Source: Patescibacteria group bacterium
Lineage (GTDB): Bacteria > Patescibacteriota > Minisyncoccia > Phycocordibacterales > BOKC01
Assembly: GCA_038062955.1 (NCBI GenBank)
Contig: JBBTWE010000001.1
Location: forward strand, 182,304-246,303
DNA: 64,000 nt
Direction: 5' to 3'
Every line of letters starts with the position of its first letter. Positions within the stretch are counted from its first letter, which is position 1. This document shows positions 29,028 through 38,499 of the stretch, piece by piece. The notes under the pieces were generated by a model. It ran no database searches and was not told the DNA's origin. It saw nothing but the letters and a program-made list of their open reading frames with translations. The position numbers and the translations under genes are program-made.

Positions 29028-29813
29028 TTAAAACTGATTACCAGTCTTTTGCTTTAAGTATGTGAGCGCTCCATAAATTCCATTCTCATCCCCCAATTCA
29101 GACATTTTGAGTTGAGGTAATGATGGCAGAATCGTATTTATCTCTCTTAAACGTTTTTCAATTTCCGATATTGGTATTGCGGGGCTCCCGGTTATCATTG
29201 ACCCTCCCAAGACCACAATGTCTGGCATCCAGTGAAGAATGGAATTATAAACTCCAACAGCTAAAATTGCGCCTAATTCTTTCCAAAGCTCTGGGTCATG
29301 AATTTCCTTCGGCGGTTTGTTATATTTTTTCTGCAGAGCCTCTCCAGAAGCTAGATTTTGTAAAGTTTCATTTTCTTTATAGGAAATAATTTGATGCCCT
29401 GGTTCAAATCCTTGCGTTTCTTCATCAATCTTGCTGTCTGCGATTCTTGCCCCTCCGATTCCAGTGCTTACTGTGATATACCCTACAATTTTTTCATTCT
29501 TCCCTGCACCATAGATCGCTTCGCCTAAAGCCCCCAAACTAGAGTCGTTTTGAATAAAAACTGGTCGATCAATTTTCTCTCTTATAATCAAAGAAGTCTC
29601 TTTTCCGCGGCTTTTGTCTAATGCGGCGGTGATTCCTCCAACAAATCCATCAATCTTGCTGCCAGAAATTTTTAATGCCGTTTCTACCAACAAATCTAGA
29701 GCAGATTTAAGGTTGTTTGGACTTTTTAAAATTTCCACCGGCGTAATATTTTTTTTATCCTCCGTTCCAGCCACTCGGAGCTTGGTTTTTCCTAGATCAA
29801 ATAAGATGTACAT
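29028..29813 (-). CDS. ROK family sugar kinase
   Basis: FDLGKTK, IQND..LGALGE, TVSTGIGG and EPGH. Confidence 0.9.
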   Translation of the reverse strand: MYILFDLGKTKLRVAGTEDKKNITPVEILKSPNNLKSALDLLVETALKISGSKIDGFVGGITAALDKSRGKETSLIIREKIDRPVFIQNDSSLGALGEAIYGAGKNEKIVGYITVSTGIGGARIADSKIDEETQGFEPGHQIISYKENETLQNLASGEALQKKYNKPPKEIHDPELWKELGAILAVGVYNSILHWMPDIVVLGGSMITGSPAIPISEIEKRLREINTILPSLPQLKMSELGDENGIYGALTYLKQKTGNQF

Positions 29814-29918
29814 TGTAGTAAATTCAAAATTTAAAAATCAAAAATCAAAATGACAATGCAAAGTTAAAAATTTCAACGCTCTTGTATTTAAAATTTTACA
29901 TTTTCATCTAAAAATACC

Positions 29919-30878
29919 CTATACTAATTTACGTTTGAATTCCTCAACTAATGGAACATCATTCGGCTCATGCCCGTAGGCCTTGGCAGTATAAAATGCG
30001 GTCCAATCGGCGAAGATGAGTGAATTGAAGATTTTTAACACTCGGGTTTCTCCCTCTAAATTTATTTTTTTCACAGCAACTCCCTTTTGACTTAAAACAT
30101 CCAATGTTACATTCATTCTTTTCTGAATTCTTTTATTATCTTCAGTGTCTAGAAACGCTATAACTAAAAATTTTTGGGACAAAGAGGCGCTTTTTTCATT
30201 ATGATCAAAACCTTCTAGTTCATTATGGTTAAGTTCTGGAAAGGTATTAAAAAAGGCTGGAATTTTCCCTGTCTCATTGAATTTAATTTTCCAATTATAA
30301 GCGATAATCTCATTTCTTTTGGAAGAATAAATAACAGGTATTTTGCCACTCAATTCTTTTTGAAGTTCTTTTCCCTTTTCTTCCAAAAGAACACTATTTA
30401 ACTTACCAGACAGAGACTGAAACTCTTGAGTTAACTTTTTTTGATTGAGTAGTCTAGATAAAGCTAAAATTGAATATCCCAAAGCGATTCTAGGTTGGAT
30501 TTTGACATCGGGCAATAAAACAAACGGCAATTTATTATCCTGGGCTAGTTTTAAAAGATTTCCTCCTTTGGTTACGACACCAAGCGGCCATTTTTTCTCT
30601 AAAACACACTTTGCAAAGTCTAAAGTTTCCTCTGTATTTCCAGAAAATGAACTTGCGATAAAAAGAGTGTCAGACGGATCAACCTCGTGTGGAAATCCAT
30701 AATCTTGGTGAACTATTATTGAGGTATTGGGCAGTAAATTTTTCAAAATATCCGCGGACAAGTGGGAACCACCCATTCCAGAAACCACATATCTTTTGTG
30801 ATTTCCAAGTTTTTCCAGATTCTCGATTTCTGGATTGAAATTAAACTGCGAAGCAATGTTTCTAATCGATTCTTCCAT
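29919..30878 (-). CDS. Bifunctional phosphoglucose/phosphomannose isomerase (SIS domains)
   Basis: GMGGS, SSFSGNTEET, QPR and NETGK...PELNHNE. Confidence 0.92.
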   Translation of the reverse strand: MEESIRNIASQFNFNPEIENLEKLGNHKRYVVSGMGGSHLSADILKNLLPNTSIIVHQDYGFPHEVDPSDTLFIASSFSGNTEETLDFAKCVLEKKWPLGVVTKGGNLLKLAQDNKLPFVLLPDVKIQPRIALGYSILALSRLLNQKKLTQEFQSLSGKLNSVLLEEKGKELQKELSGKIPVIYSSKRNEIIAYNWKIKFNETGKIPAFFNTFPELNHNELEGFDHNEKSASLSQKFLVIAFLDTEDNKRIQKRMNVTLDVLSQKGVAVKKINLEGETRVLKIFNSLIFADWTAFYTAKAYGHEPNDVPLVEEFKRKLV

Positions 30879-31083
30879 ATATCAATAATAACATATTAGT
30901 GGATTCACGATGTAATATCTATGATTCAAGAAAAAGAAGCGTCACAAATTTTTCATGACTACGCCATGAAAAATCTTGCGACGTAATTTTTGTAGTGCAA
31001 AAATTAAAAGCGGGAACCCACGAATGTGGATTCCCGCTGGTTCTGACAGACGGATCTCTACTACTTCTCTCGAGGGCCTACGA

Positions 31084-31356
31084 TCAGGCCTGCTGGAGGA
31101 GTTCCAGCCGATCGAGTGGACGTTGGTTGAGCAACCCTTGGGCAACCTTCCTGATCGGTTGTCTCCTCTTCAGAGCATCCTTGATCCGACTCAACACTCT
31201 CGCGTCGAGGTGGTTCGCTCCACCGCTCTCGAGAATCATCTTCACGAGGCCCAACTCGGGATTGATTTCGCGAAGCTTCGGGGGCGGCTGTTCCTGCATC
31301 AGAGGGCGCATTGACCCTCTGCTTTCTCTGGGACGTGGACGATGACCGTGATTCAT
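31084..31356 (-). CDS. Hypothetical protein, GC-rich unit
   Basis: 90 aa; AGGAG SD and a GCGGGAACCCAC/GTGGATTCCCGC terminator at 31010-31037. Confidence 0.65.
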   Translation of the reverse strand: MNHGHRPRPRESRGSMRPLMQEQPPPKLREINPELGLVKMILESGGANHLDARVLSRIKDALKRRQPIRKVAQGLLNQRPLDRLELLQQA

Positions 31357-31570
31357 CCTGCGTTTCTCCTACGAGGTTGAGAACTTTCTCTTGGCGTTGT
31401 TGCCTCGAGATCTGCGGTCAATCTTCTCATGGGGAGTTTTGTCTGTCAAAAAAGTTACGCACTTCTCCTTGACATAAAAATCCTAATATATTACACTGGT
31501 AGTCAGAAGAGTTGGCAAGGAGGCCAATTCTCGGTCATTTGTTTCCATGCGTTAGTTTGGAGAAACGGTC

Positions 31571-31795
31571 ATGAGAAAGCAACCGACAACAGAGGTGGAA
31601 ACCAGTCAGCGACCATTCGGGCGCGTACTGGGGGTTCGGATGGCGATGGATCGACTTCCTGAAGAGCCAGCTAGGCTGACTACCAGTTCCCCTGGTGGTC
31701 AGATCGCTCTGGTTCGCTCCACGAAGGTCAGGCGATGCGAAGAACAGGAGATCTCGCTCGCTCTTTGGCACGGAGGCATCACCTCTCGGTCGTGA
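31571..31795 (+). CDS. Hypothetical protein, GC-rich unit
   Basis: 74 aa; TTGACA-17-TACACT promoter, GGAG SD and a GAACCCCAGCATC/GATGCTGGGGTTC terminator. Confidence 0.65.
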   Translation: MRKQPTTEVETSQRPFGRVLGVRMAMDRLPEEPARLTTSSPGGQIALVRSTKVRRCEEQEISLALWHGGITSRS

Positions 31796-31843
31796 CGTCT
31801 CGAACCCCAGCATCTACGGATGCTGGGGTTCTTATTTTATATA

Positions 31844-33196
31844 TTAATTTGGGAATTTACCTTTTTCGTATTTGATAAGTGGCAGTTTTGTCCAAATTTC
31901 GTGGATTTGATCAACAATGACCCATGAAGCCTCTACTTCTTCTTCCGAGACAAAAAGATCTTCATTTCCCTTAAAAACTTCCAGGAAAAGTTTTTCGTAC
32001 GATTCACTCGAGTGTCCTTGATACGTTTTTCCCTTGAGATTTATTACTTCCTTTTTATCGGTCTTATCAGTAAAAATTGCTTCTGGTTCCGGCTGGATTC
32101 TAAAGAGAATTTCTTTGATATCTGTTAAATGTTTTGATTCTAATTTGAAAGTTTCTGGTTTTTTAAAAATGACTTTCACTCCAACTTCATTTTTTGACAA
32201 TCCCTTCCCTCCAGCAACAGTGATTTTTACCCCTTCCCATTTTTTGTCTCCAAGTGCTACTGGAAATTTAAAAAAAGTTTCAGTTTCCGAATCGTTCTCT
32301 ACTCCTTTTTCTTTAAGATAACCGATATATTGGCCACGAACTATATCTTTAATGGCAACAGCCTCTAATTTGAGTGCGTTTTTTAAAATATCCGCTCGTC
32401 TTTTTTGAACATTTTTTTCCGCTCCGTTTTCTTGAAGCATATGAGAAAGGACAATCAGTGCGTGATTTTGTCCGACATCTCGTAGAGCGCCAAGTGAATC
32501 ATAAAATTCACCTCGACCCTCAATATCTTTCGTCTCAAAAAGAGTTATATCAATTGATTCAATATGTTCATTATTCCAAATTTTTCTTAAGTTTTCTTTT
32601 TCTGAAAGTGTTTTTGCCGCATGTAAAGTTTCTTTGGTGAGATAGTGGTCAATTTCGTAAATTTGATCCCTTGTTGCAATTTTATTTATCAAAGAATGAA
32701 TTTCTTTAGCTGTTTTGAGATCATGACCAATTGGTTTTTCGATAATAATTTTAGTTTTTCCCGTGCCGTCTGTGCATGAGAGGGTGAGTCCTGTTTTGTG
32801 CATATTTTGGAGAACTAATTCGTAAAATGCTGGCGAGACCGCAAGATGAAACAATTTATCAGAACAATTTCCAAATTTTTCGTCGATTTTTTGAAGCAAA
32901 TTTATTAGAGATTCGTAAGAGGTTGGATCATCAAACTTCCCTTCTGAATACTCAACTAAATTCAAAAAGTCTGTAATTTTTTCATCCCTGTCTTTAAAAT
33001 TTGGAACATTTTCAATGAGAAACTGTCTAAAATCAGAACTTTTAAAATTTCTTCGCGAAAAGCCCACTACTTTCATATTTTTAGGCAGTTTATCTTTTTT
33101 ATACAAACCAAAAAGTGCTGGGAAAAGTTTTTTTCGTGCAAGGTCTCCTGTCGCGCCTAAAATTATGATAGTAGTCGCCTTTTTTGAGTTATCCAT
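31844..33196 (-). CDS. zwf: Glucose-6-phosphate 1-dehydrogenase
   Basis: GATGDLARKKLFPAL, EKPIG, IDHYL and RDVGQNH. Confidence 0.93.
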   Translation of the reverse strand: MDNSKKATTIIILGATGDLARKKLFPALFGLYKKDKLPKNMKVVGFSRRNFKSSDFRQFLIENVPNFKDRDEKITDFLNLVEYSEGKFDDPTSYESLINLLQKIDEKFGNCSDKLFHLAVSPAFYELVLQNMHKTGLTLSCTDGTGKTKIIIEKPIGHDLKTAKEIHSLINKIATRDQIYEIDHYLTKETLHAAKTLSEKENLRKIWNNEHIESIDITLFETKDIEGRGEFYDSLGALRDVGQNHALIVLSHMLQENGAEKNVQKRRADILKNALKLEAVAIKDIVRGQYIGYLKEKGVENDSETETFFKFPVALGDKKWEGVKITVAGGKGLSKNEVGVKVIFKKPETFKLESKHLTDIKEILFRIQPEPEAIFTDKTDKKEVINLKGKTYQGHSSESYEKLFLEVFKGNEDLFVSEEEVEASWVIVDQIHEIWTKLPLIKYEKGKFPN

Positions 33197-33311
33197 GATG
33201 CTTCGATTTTACTACGCCCTCCTTAACTTTGCACGAAACATCCATCATTGCAAAAAATTATTTTTTGATTGATACTAATTCCAGAACTGCACAAACCAAA
33301 TAGGAGGAAAC

Positions 33312-33986
33312 TTGAAAAAGGCACGGCTTCTCGTGTTTGAGTCAGGTGGGGTAGCCCCAGAGATCGGCGGGTCAGAATTCGAAAACCTGGTTCATGCTTC
33401 ACGGAAAGGAGAATTGAACGCCGAGATCGTTGGAGTGGTATCGAACCATGCAAACGGCGGTGTGCGTGCGCGCGCTGGGAGATTGGAAGTTCCGTTCTTC
33501 CATTTTGCAAGTCCTTGGAATGCCACAAGATACCAAGAAGTTGCCATGCGAAGCGACGCGAATTTCTTCGCTCTTTCTGGATGGGACAAGTATGTGGTAG
33601 GTCTTGACCTCGACACTTGCTTCAGTTCGAAGACAGTGTTCAATATTCATCATGGCCCTCTACCGGATTCCGGTGGACAAGGAATGTATGGACATCGTGT
33701 TCACAGAAGAGTCATAGCAACATTTCGGCGAGGTGAGATAAGAGACACCGCTGTCACCATGCAATTCGTCACTGCCAATGGATACAATTGCGGTCCGGTT
33801 TTCTTTCGACACAGGATTCCGATCCTGGAGCGTGAGATGCCAGAAGCTTTGGCAAAACGTGTTGGTGAATGGGGGCATCGTCTCCAACCACAAGTTACCG
33901 ACTGGGTAGTGAACGGTCTCGTCAGATGGGACGGAGTGAATTGGGATTCTCTTCGGATTCCCGAAACCATTCGTTCTGGGTGCTGA
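33312..33986 (+). CDS. PurN-like formyltransferase, GC-rich unit
   Basis: VVSN, ALSGW, FNIHHGPLP..GG.GMYG and GPVF; AGGAGG SD before a TTG start; terminator at 34004-34031. Confidence 0.8.
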   Translation: MKKARLLVFESGGVAPEIGGSEFENLVHASRKGELNAEIVGVVSNHANGGVRARAGRLEVPFFHFASPWNATRYQEVAMRSDANFFALSGWDKYVVGLDLDTCFSSKTVFNIHHGPLPDSGGQGMYGHRVHRRVIATFRRGEIRDTAVTMQFVTANGYNCGPVFFRHRIPILEREMPEALAKRVGEWGHRLQPQVTDWVVNGLVRWDGVNWDSLRIPETIRSGC

Positions 33987-34091
33987 TCGGTCACAATTCG
34001 TACGAGCGACTCTTAAACGGGTCGCTTTTTTTATGTATAAAAAAATCGCGGGAAAATCTTGAAGATTCTCTACCGCGATTTGAACGAACTC

Positions 34092-34439
34092 CTATGCTGA
34101 TTGTTTGAGGTTCATTCGGAACTCTTTACCGTATTCTTTGAAACCCAAATCGATATAGAGTCTGTGCACACTAACACGAATGCGTCGGCTTGTGGCGATC
34201 AGTTTGTAGCACCCCAAAGACCTCGCTTTTTCGATGAGTTTGACGACGAGAGAACTCCCAATGCTCTTTCCTCGCAAGTGCGGATCAACATACACATCTT
34301 CCATAAGTCCGAATGGTTCTTCGTGCAGATCGTTGCCCAAAACATAGAGAAATGCTCGAGCAACCTCTTTACCACCCCTTCTGACGCTAAACCTGAAACC
34401 TTGGCATCTGCGTTCGAGTGTGACTGCTACTTCGTCCAT
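34092..34439 (-). CDS. GNAT family N-acetyltransferase, GC-rich unit
   Basis: EDVYVDPHLRGKSIGSSL acetyl-CoA motif and GCYKL; AAGGAG SD. Confidence 0.85.
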   Translation of the reverse strand: MDEVAVTLERRCQGFRFSVRRGGKEVARAFLYVLGNDLHEEPFGLMEDVYVDPHLRGKSIGSSLVVKLIEKARSLGCYKLIATSRRIRVSVHRLYIDLGFKEYGKEFRMNLKQSA

Positions 34440-34495
34440 TTTTGTTCTCCTTGTTAGTCCGGAACGAGTATATGCGGAAGAAAGTTAAAAATCAA

Positions 34496-34534
34496 ACCCG
34501 CCAAAGTTTTTTCGAAGAAAAAATTTAGGCGGGT
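34496..34534. repeat. Short hairpin element ACCCGCC...GGCGGGT
   Basis: Imperfect 39-bp palindrome between two GC-rich units. Confidence 0.55.
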
Positions 34535-34591
34535 AAATAAAAAAACCGCGGGAGTGTCGTATGACCCTCTACCGCGATTTGCCATCCAACT

Positions 34592-34819
34592 TTAGCGCCA
34601 AGAGCTGATTACGATTGCCAATTGTGTAACTGCAAGAGCAGCCTCAAAGTTGTCTCGGTAATCTGCAAACCCTTCCAACATATCTCTAAGGAAATCCTGC
34701 TGTCCTTCGTAAAGAGACATATTGCCAGGAATACCAACCAGAAGGGCTTTGACAAGCCCAGCGGTTCTTGGTGTCGCTATTCTTTCTAGGTAGTCTCTCG
34801 CGTTTACTATATCTGCCAT
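34592..34819 (-). CDS. Hypothetical protein, GC-rich unit
   Basis: 75 aa; AAGGA SD, a TTGACA promoter near 34908-34913, and a terminator resembling that of the GNAT unit. Confidence 0.65.
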   Translation of the reverse strand: MADIVNARDYLERIATPRTAGLVKALLVGIPGNMSLYEGQQDFLRDMLEGFADYRDNFEAALAVTQLAIVISSWR

Positions 34820-34917
34820 CTGTCGTCCTTGCGATGGTATGTCATCGTCATTGTTGCGTTTTCTAAGAAGATCAATCTACTTTTACGTTATCGTGGATTC
34901 TTTAGCTTGTCAAAATT

Positions 34918-34937
34918 TGGTGGACCATAGCGGGATC
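34918..34937 (-). repeat. Displaced 3' end of tRNA-Ala(GGC) including CCA (att-like)
   Basis: GATCCCGCTATGGTCCACCA on the minus strand, matching the tRNA 3' end at 35054-35071. Confidence 0.85.
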
Positions 34938-35054
34938 TCCACCTACCGTGGCGGGTGGTTTTCGATTTCGTAAACTCAATAACGAAAACCCTTTCGATCC
35001 CGCTACGGAGTGAAGCAGTTCACTCCTCCGGTTCCTAACTCACTGCGTTCGTTG

Positions 35055-35127
35055 TGGACCATAGCGGGATCGAACCGCTCACCTCGCACATGCCATGCGC
35101 GCGCTCTACCAAATGAGCTAATGGCCC
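35055..35127 (-). tRNA. tRNA-Ala(GGC)
   Basis: Cloverleaf with a G3:U70 pair and anticodon loop ATGGCAT; CCA not encoded. Confidence 0.93.
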
Positions 35128-35142
35128 TTTAAATTTATGATT

Positions 35143-35162
35143 CCTGCCTGCCGGCAGGCAGG
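35143..35162. repeat. 20-bp palindrome CCTGCCTGCCGGCAGGCAGG
   Basis: Identical to 4000-4019. Confidence 0.85.
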
Positions 35163-35179
35163 TTGAATCTAATTCCTAA

Positions 35180-35629
35180 CTAAAGACCAATTTTTTCCAT
35201 CCTTCTCTCTTTCTTTTTTTGATCCTCTTTTAGCTTTTTGATACCGTCACGAATGTTGAGTCCAGTATTTATTCCTCGCAACAATCTTACTAGGCGAGTA
35301 AATCGTAGAATACGGAGCACTCGGAAAAAACCGTCGGAGAATGGAAGTGATCCGAGAAAATCGAGTAAATTTTCCGGAATGTATTTTAGTCCTCGACCAG
35401 AAAAAAACATACTCACTAAAAAATCAGTTAAGAAGATATAAGCGATAGCTAAATCCAGATTATATAATAAATCAATGGTGAGCGGGCTTAAATCTTTCCC
35501 AAAATAATCATAAAGAAACATAAATCCCGAGGCAAAAGCCAGGATCGCTATTACGATGATATACCAAAGCCTGTTTTGGATGGAAGTGCATATATCCCCC
35601 ATCCTGTCTTTAAAACTTTTAGATTTCAT
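35180..35629 (-). CDS. Ion-transport family protein: voltage-sensor-like domain only
   Basis: Three hydrophobic helices plus an S4-like RVLRILRFTRLVRLLR; no pore signature. Confidence 0.7.
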   Translation of the reverse strand: MKSKSFKDRMGDICTSIQNRLWYIIVIAILAFASGFMFLYDYFGKDLSPLTIDLLYNLDLAIAYIFLTDFLVSMFFSGRGLKYIPENLLDFLGSLPFSDGFFRVLRILRFTRLVRLLRGINTGLNIRDGIKKLKEDQKKKERRMEKIGL

Positions 35630-35692
35630 TCATATATTCTAACTTAAAACCTAAGAAAATCTCAAATTTATAGTAGAATAGAAGAATACCTG

Positions 35693-35811
35693 TCCCGTTA
35701 GAAGCCGTGGTTACTGATCAAAAAGTAAAGACAAAGAATAAAATGAGTCGAACTATTTATAAATATTATTCTAGCAAGAGCGCCTTAACCGCGACATGCT
35801 TTCTAATGGGA
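35693..35811. mobile_element. Diverged miniature inverted-repeat element abutting the ATPase start
   Basis: TCCCGTTAGAAGC...GCTTTCTAATGGGA followed by TG; no clean target duplication. Confidence 0.6.
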
Positions 35812-38456
35812 TGAATTCTAAAAATTGGCATTCTGGTTCGCTTAAAGATTTGACCAAAGAGTTAGGGGCAGATATTACCAGTGGTTTGTCGACAAAAGAG
35901 GTTTCAGACAGAAAACTTAATGTGGGACCAAACGTTTTGCCTCGTGGGAAAGTTGTGCATTGGTGGGAGATGCTTTTTGAGCAGTTTAAAAATCCGCTCA
36001 TCATAATTCTTTTAATCGCCGCTCTGATTACTTTTCTGCTTGATGAAAAATTAGACACTCTTGTCATCATGCTTGCGGTTACAGTAAACATCGCGATTAG
36101 TTTTTGGCAGGAATTTCGTTCTAATAATATTTTTGAAAAGCTCCAGAAACTCATAACAATAACTACGAGAGTTAAGAGAAATGGAAAGCTTTACGAAGTT
36201 AATTCGGAAGATTTGGTCCCGGGAGATATTATTCTGCTTTATTCTGGTGTCAAAATCCCAGCTGATGCCAGGCTTATTAGTGCGGATGATTTGGAGGTTA
36301 ACGAAGCGCTTCTCACAGGTGAATCGGTGCCAGTAAAAAAGAAAGTAGAAGATGGAATTTCCGCAAACACAGCTTTGGCTGATCGGGTCAATATGGTTTA
36401 CACCGGTACAACAGTAGAAAAAGGGACGGCAGAAGCCGTTGTGGTTGCCATAGGTTCTCACACAGAACTTGGACAAATTGCTTTGCTCACAACTAATGTG
36501 ACAGACCAAAAAACGCCGCTTCAGGAGCGTTTGGCTAATTTAGGTAAAAAAATCACAATTTTTGTTGTTATCCTGGCAATAATAATTTTCGCTGTCGGAA
36601 TTTTTGAACAAGGAAAACTCACGGGGGCAAAATTTGTAGAAATGTTTACTTTGGCTGTTGCCGTTGCCGTTGCCGCCATACCTGAAGGTTTGCCAGCCGC
36701 GCTTTCCATCGTGCTTGCAGTTGCTTCCCAAAAAATATTAAAGAAAAAAGGGTTGGTTAAAACCTTAATCGGAGCTGAAACTCTTGGTTCTACCACTGTT
36801 ATTTGCACAGACAAAACAGGAACACTCACAAAGGGTGTGATGACAGTAGAAAGTGTGCATCATGTAAAAGATGAGAAAAAGGCCGCGCTCATCATGGCTT
36901 TCTCAAATGAAGCAGAGATTATTGAGGGAGGAAAAGTGAGCGGAGAGACAACAGACAAAGCAAAACTTGAATATTATTTGGAACACGGTGGTAATTTGAA
37001 GGAAGATTTGGCGGCTACACCTAGACTTGCGATCTTGCCTTTTAATTCTGAAGACAAATTCATTGCCGCTTTTCATAAATTAGAAAACGGATATGCGGGA
37101 ATGTACGTGTCCGGCGCTCCGGAAAAGTTACTTCAAGTTTCAACTTGCGATGAGGCAGAGAAAAAAGAAATTTCAGAAGAAATATTGGAATTGGCAGGAA
37201 AAGGGTTTCGTCTCATTGGTTTATTCGAGCGAAAATTATCGCCACTTCTTGGTTTGAATTTTAAAAAACAGGAATCTCTGCGAAGCGCGGTTACCCAACT
37301 TGAATTTGTTGGCATTGCGGCTATCAGGGATCCAATTCGCGCGGACGTGAATGAGTCTATGGCTTTGGTTCGTGGCGCGGGAATAAGAGTAATTATGATT
37401 ACTGGAGATCATAAACTCACAGCTCGAGCTATTGGAGATGAATTGAAATTCCGAACAGGAGATAAAAATATTGTTGATGGAATTGAATTGGATAATTTAT
37501 CTAAAGAAGAACTCCGAAAAAGAATTGTTGATATTGATATTATTTCGCGTGCAAATCCAAGTCATAAGATGCTCATTATTGAAGCTCTGCGGGCCAATGG
37601 CGAAGTTGTGGCGATGACCGGGGACGGGGTAAACGACGCTCCAGCGCTTCGCAGTTCTGACATCGGGATTGCTTTGGGATCCGGAACAGATGTGACCAAG
37701 GAAGCATCTGACCTTGTTTTGGTTGATGACAGTTTTTCCACGATTGTTGCGGCAATTCGCCAAGGCAGAATCGCTTTTGATAATATTCGCAAGGTTACAA
37801 TTTTTGCTTTGACCGACAGCTTTACAGAGGTAATCATTATCCTCACGTCGCTCATCATGGGTTTGCCATATCTCGCAATAACCGCAGTCCAGATTCTTTG
37901 GGCCAATCTGATCGAGGATGGACTCCCCGCTTTGTCGCTTGCCTTTGATCCTGGAGAGAAAGACATTATGAGGCGGATGCCATTTAAACGTGTTGAACCA
38001 ATTATAAATAGGTTGGGACTTTATATAATCGGTCTTGTTGGGATTGTTAGTGATTTTGTTTTGGTTGGTTTGTTTATCTGGCTCGCAAAATTTTCAGGGT
38101 ACGATGTTCTCCATATTCAAACTATTATGTTTGCGGCTCTCGGAATGGATACACTCATCTTTATATTTTCTATTAAAACACTTCACAAATCGGCCTTTAG
38201 CAGAGAAGCCCTAAATAATAAATATCTTCTTATTGCAGTTGGGGTCGGTTTTGTCTTGATGTTTAGCGCTATCTACGTGCCATTTCTAAATACACTCCTT
38301 GGCACAATGCCACTTGGAATTTTTGCTCTCTCGCTTGCTTTGGGAACAGGGGTCTTTAGATTAATCTTTATTGAGGTTGTGAAAGCCTATATGCGAAAAA
38401 AAGAGTACTTTAAAATGCATCACACTACAGTTGTAAAATGGGATCACAGGGTCTAG
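35811..38456 (+). CDS. Cation-transporting P-type ATPase (type II, Ca2+-like)
   Basis: LTGES, IPEGLP, DKTGTLT, MITGD and TGDGVNDAPAL. Confidence 0.95.
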   Translation: MNSKNWHSGSLKDLTKELGADITSGLSTKEVSDRKLNVGPNVLPRGKVVHWWEMLFEQFKNPLIIILLIAALITFLLDEKLDTLVIMLAVTVNIAISFWQEFRSNNIFEKLQKLITITTRVKRNGKLYEVNSEDLVPGDIILLYSGVKIPADARLISADDLEVNEALLTGESVPVKKKVEDGISANTALADRVNMVYTGTTVEKGTAEAVVVAIGSHTELGQIALLTTNVTDQKTPLQERLANLGKKITIFVVILAIIIFAVGIFEQGKLTGAKFVEMFTLAVAVAVAAIPEGLPAALSIVLAVASQKILKKKGLVKTLIGAETLGSTTVICTDKTGTLTKGVMTVESVHHVKDEKKAALIMAFSNEAEIIEGGKVSGETTDKAKLEYYLEHGGNLKEDLAATPRLAILPFNSEDKFIAAFHKLENGYAGMYVSGAPEKLLQVSTCDEAEKKEISEEILELAGKGFRLIGLFERKLSPLLGLNFKKQESLRSAVTQLEFVGIAAIRDPIRADVNESMALVRGAGIRVIMITGDHKLTARAIGDELKFRTGDKNIVDGIELDNLSKEELRKRIVDIDIISRANPSHKMLIIEALRANGEVVAMTGDGVNDAPALRSSDIGIALGSGTDVTKEASDLVLVDDSFSTIVAAIRQGRIAFDNIRKVTIFALTDSFTEVIIILTSLIMGLPYLAITAVQILWANLIEDGLPALSLAFDPGEKDIMRRMPFKRVEPIINRLGLYIIGLVGIVSDFVLVGLFIWLAKFSGYDVLHIQTIMFAALGMDTLIFIFSIKTLHKSAFSREALNNKYLLIAVGVGFVLMFSAIYVPFLNTLLGTMPLGIFALSLALGTGVFRLIFIEVVKAYMRKKEYFKMHHTTVVKWDHRV

Positions 38457-38499
38457 TTGATAAAAAGATTCCACAAAGGAAATACTCGTTCTTTCAGGT

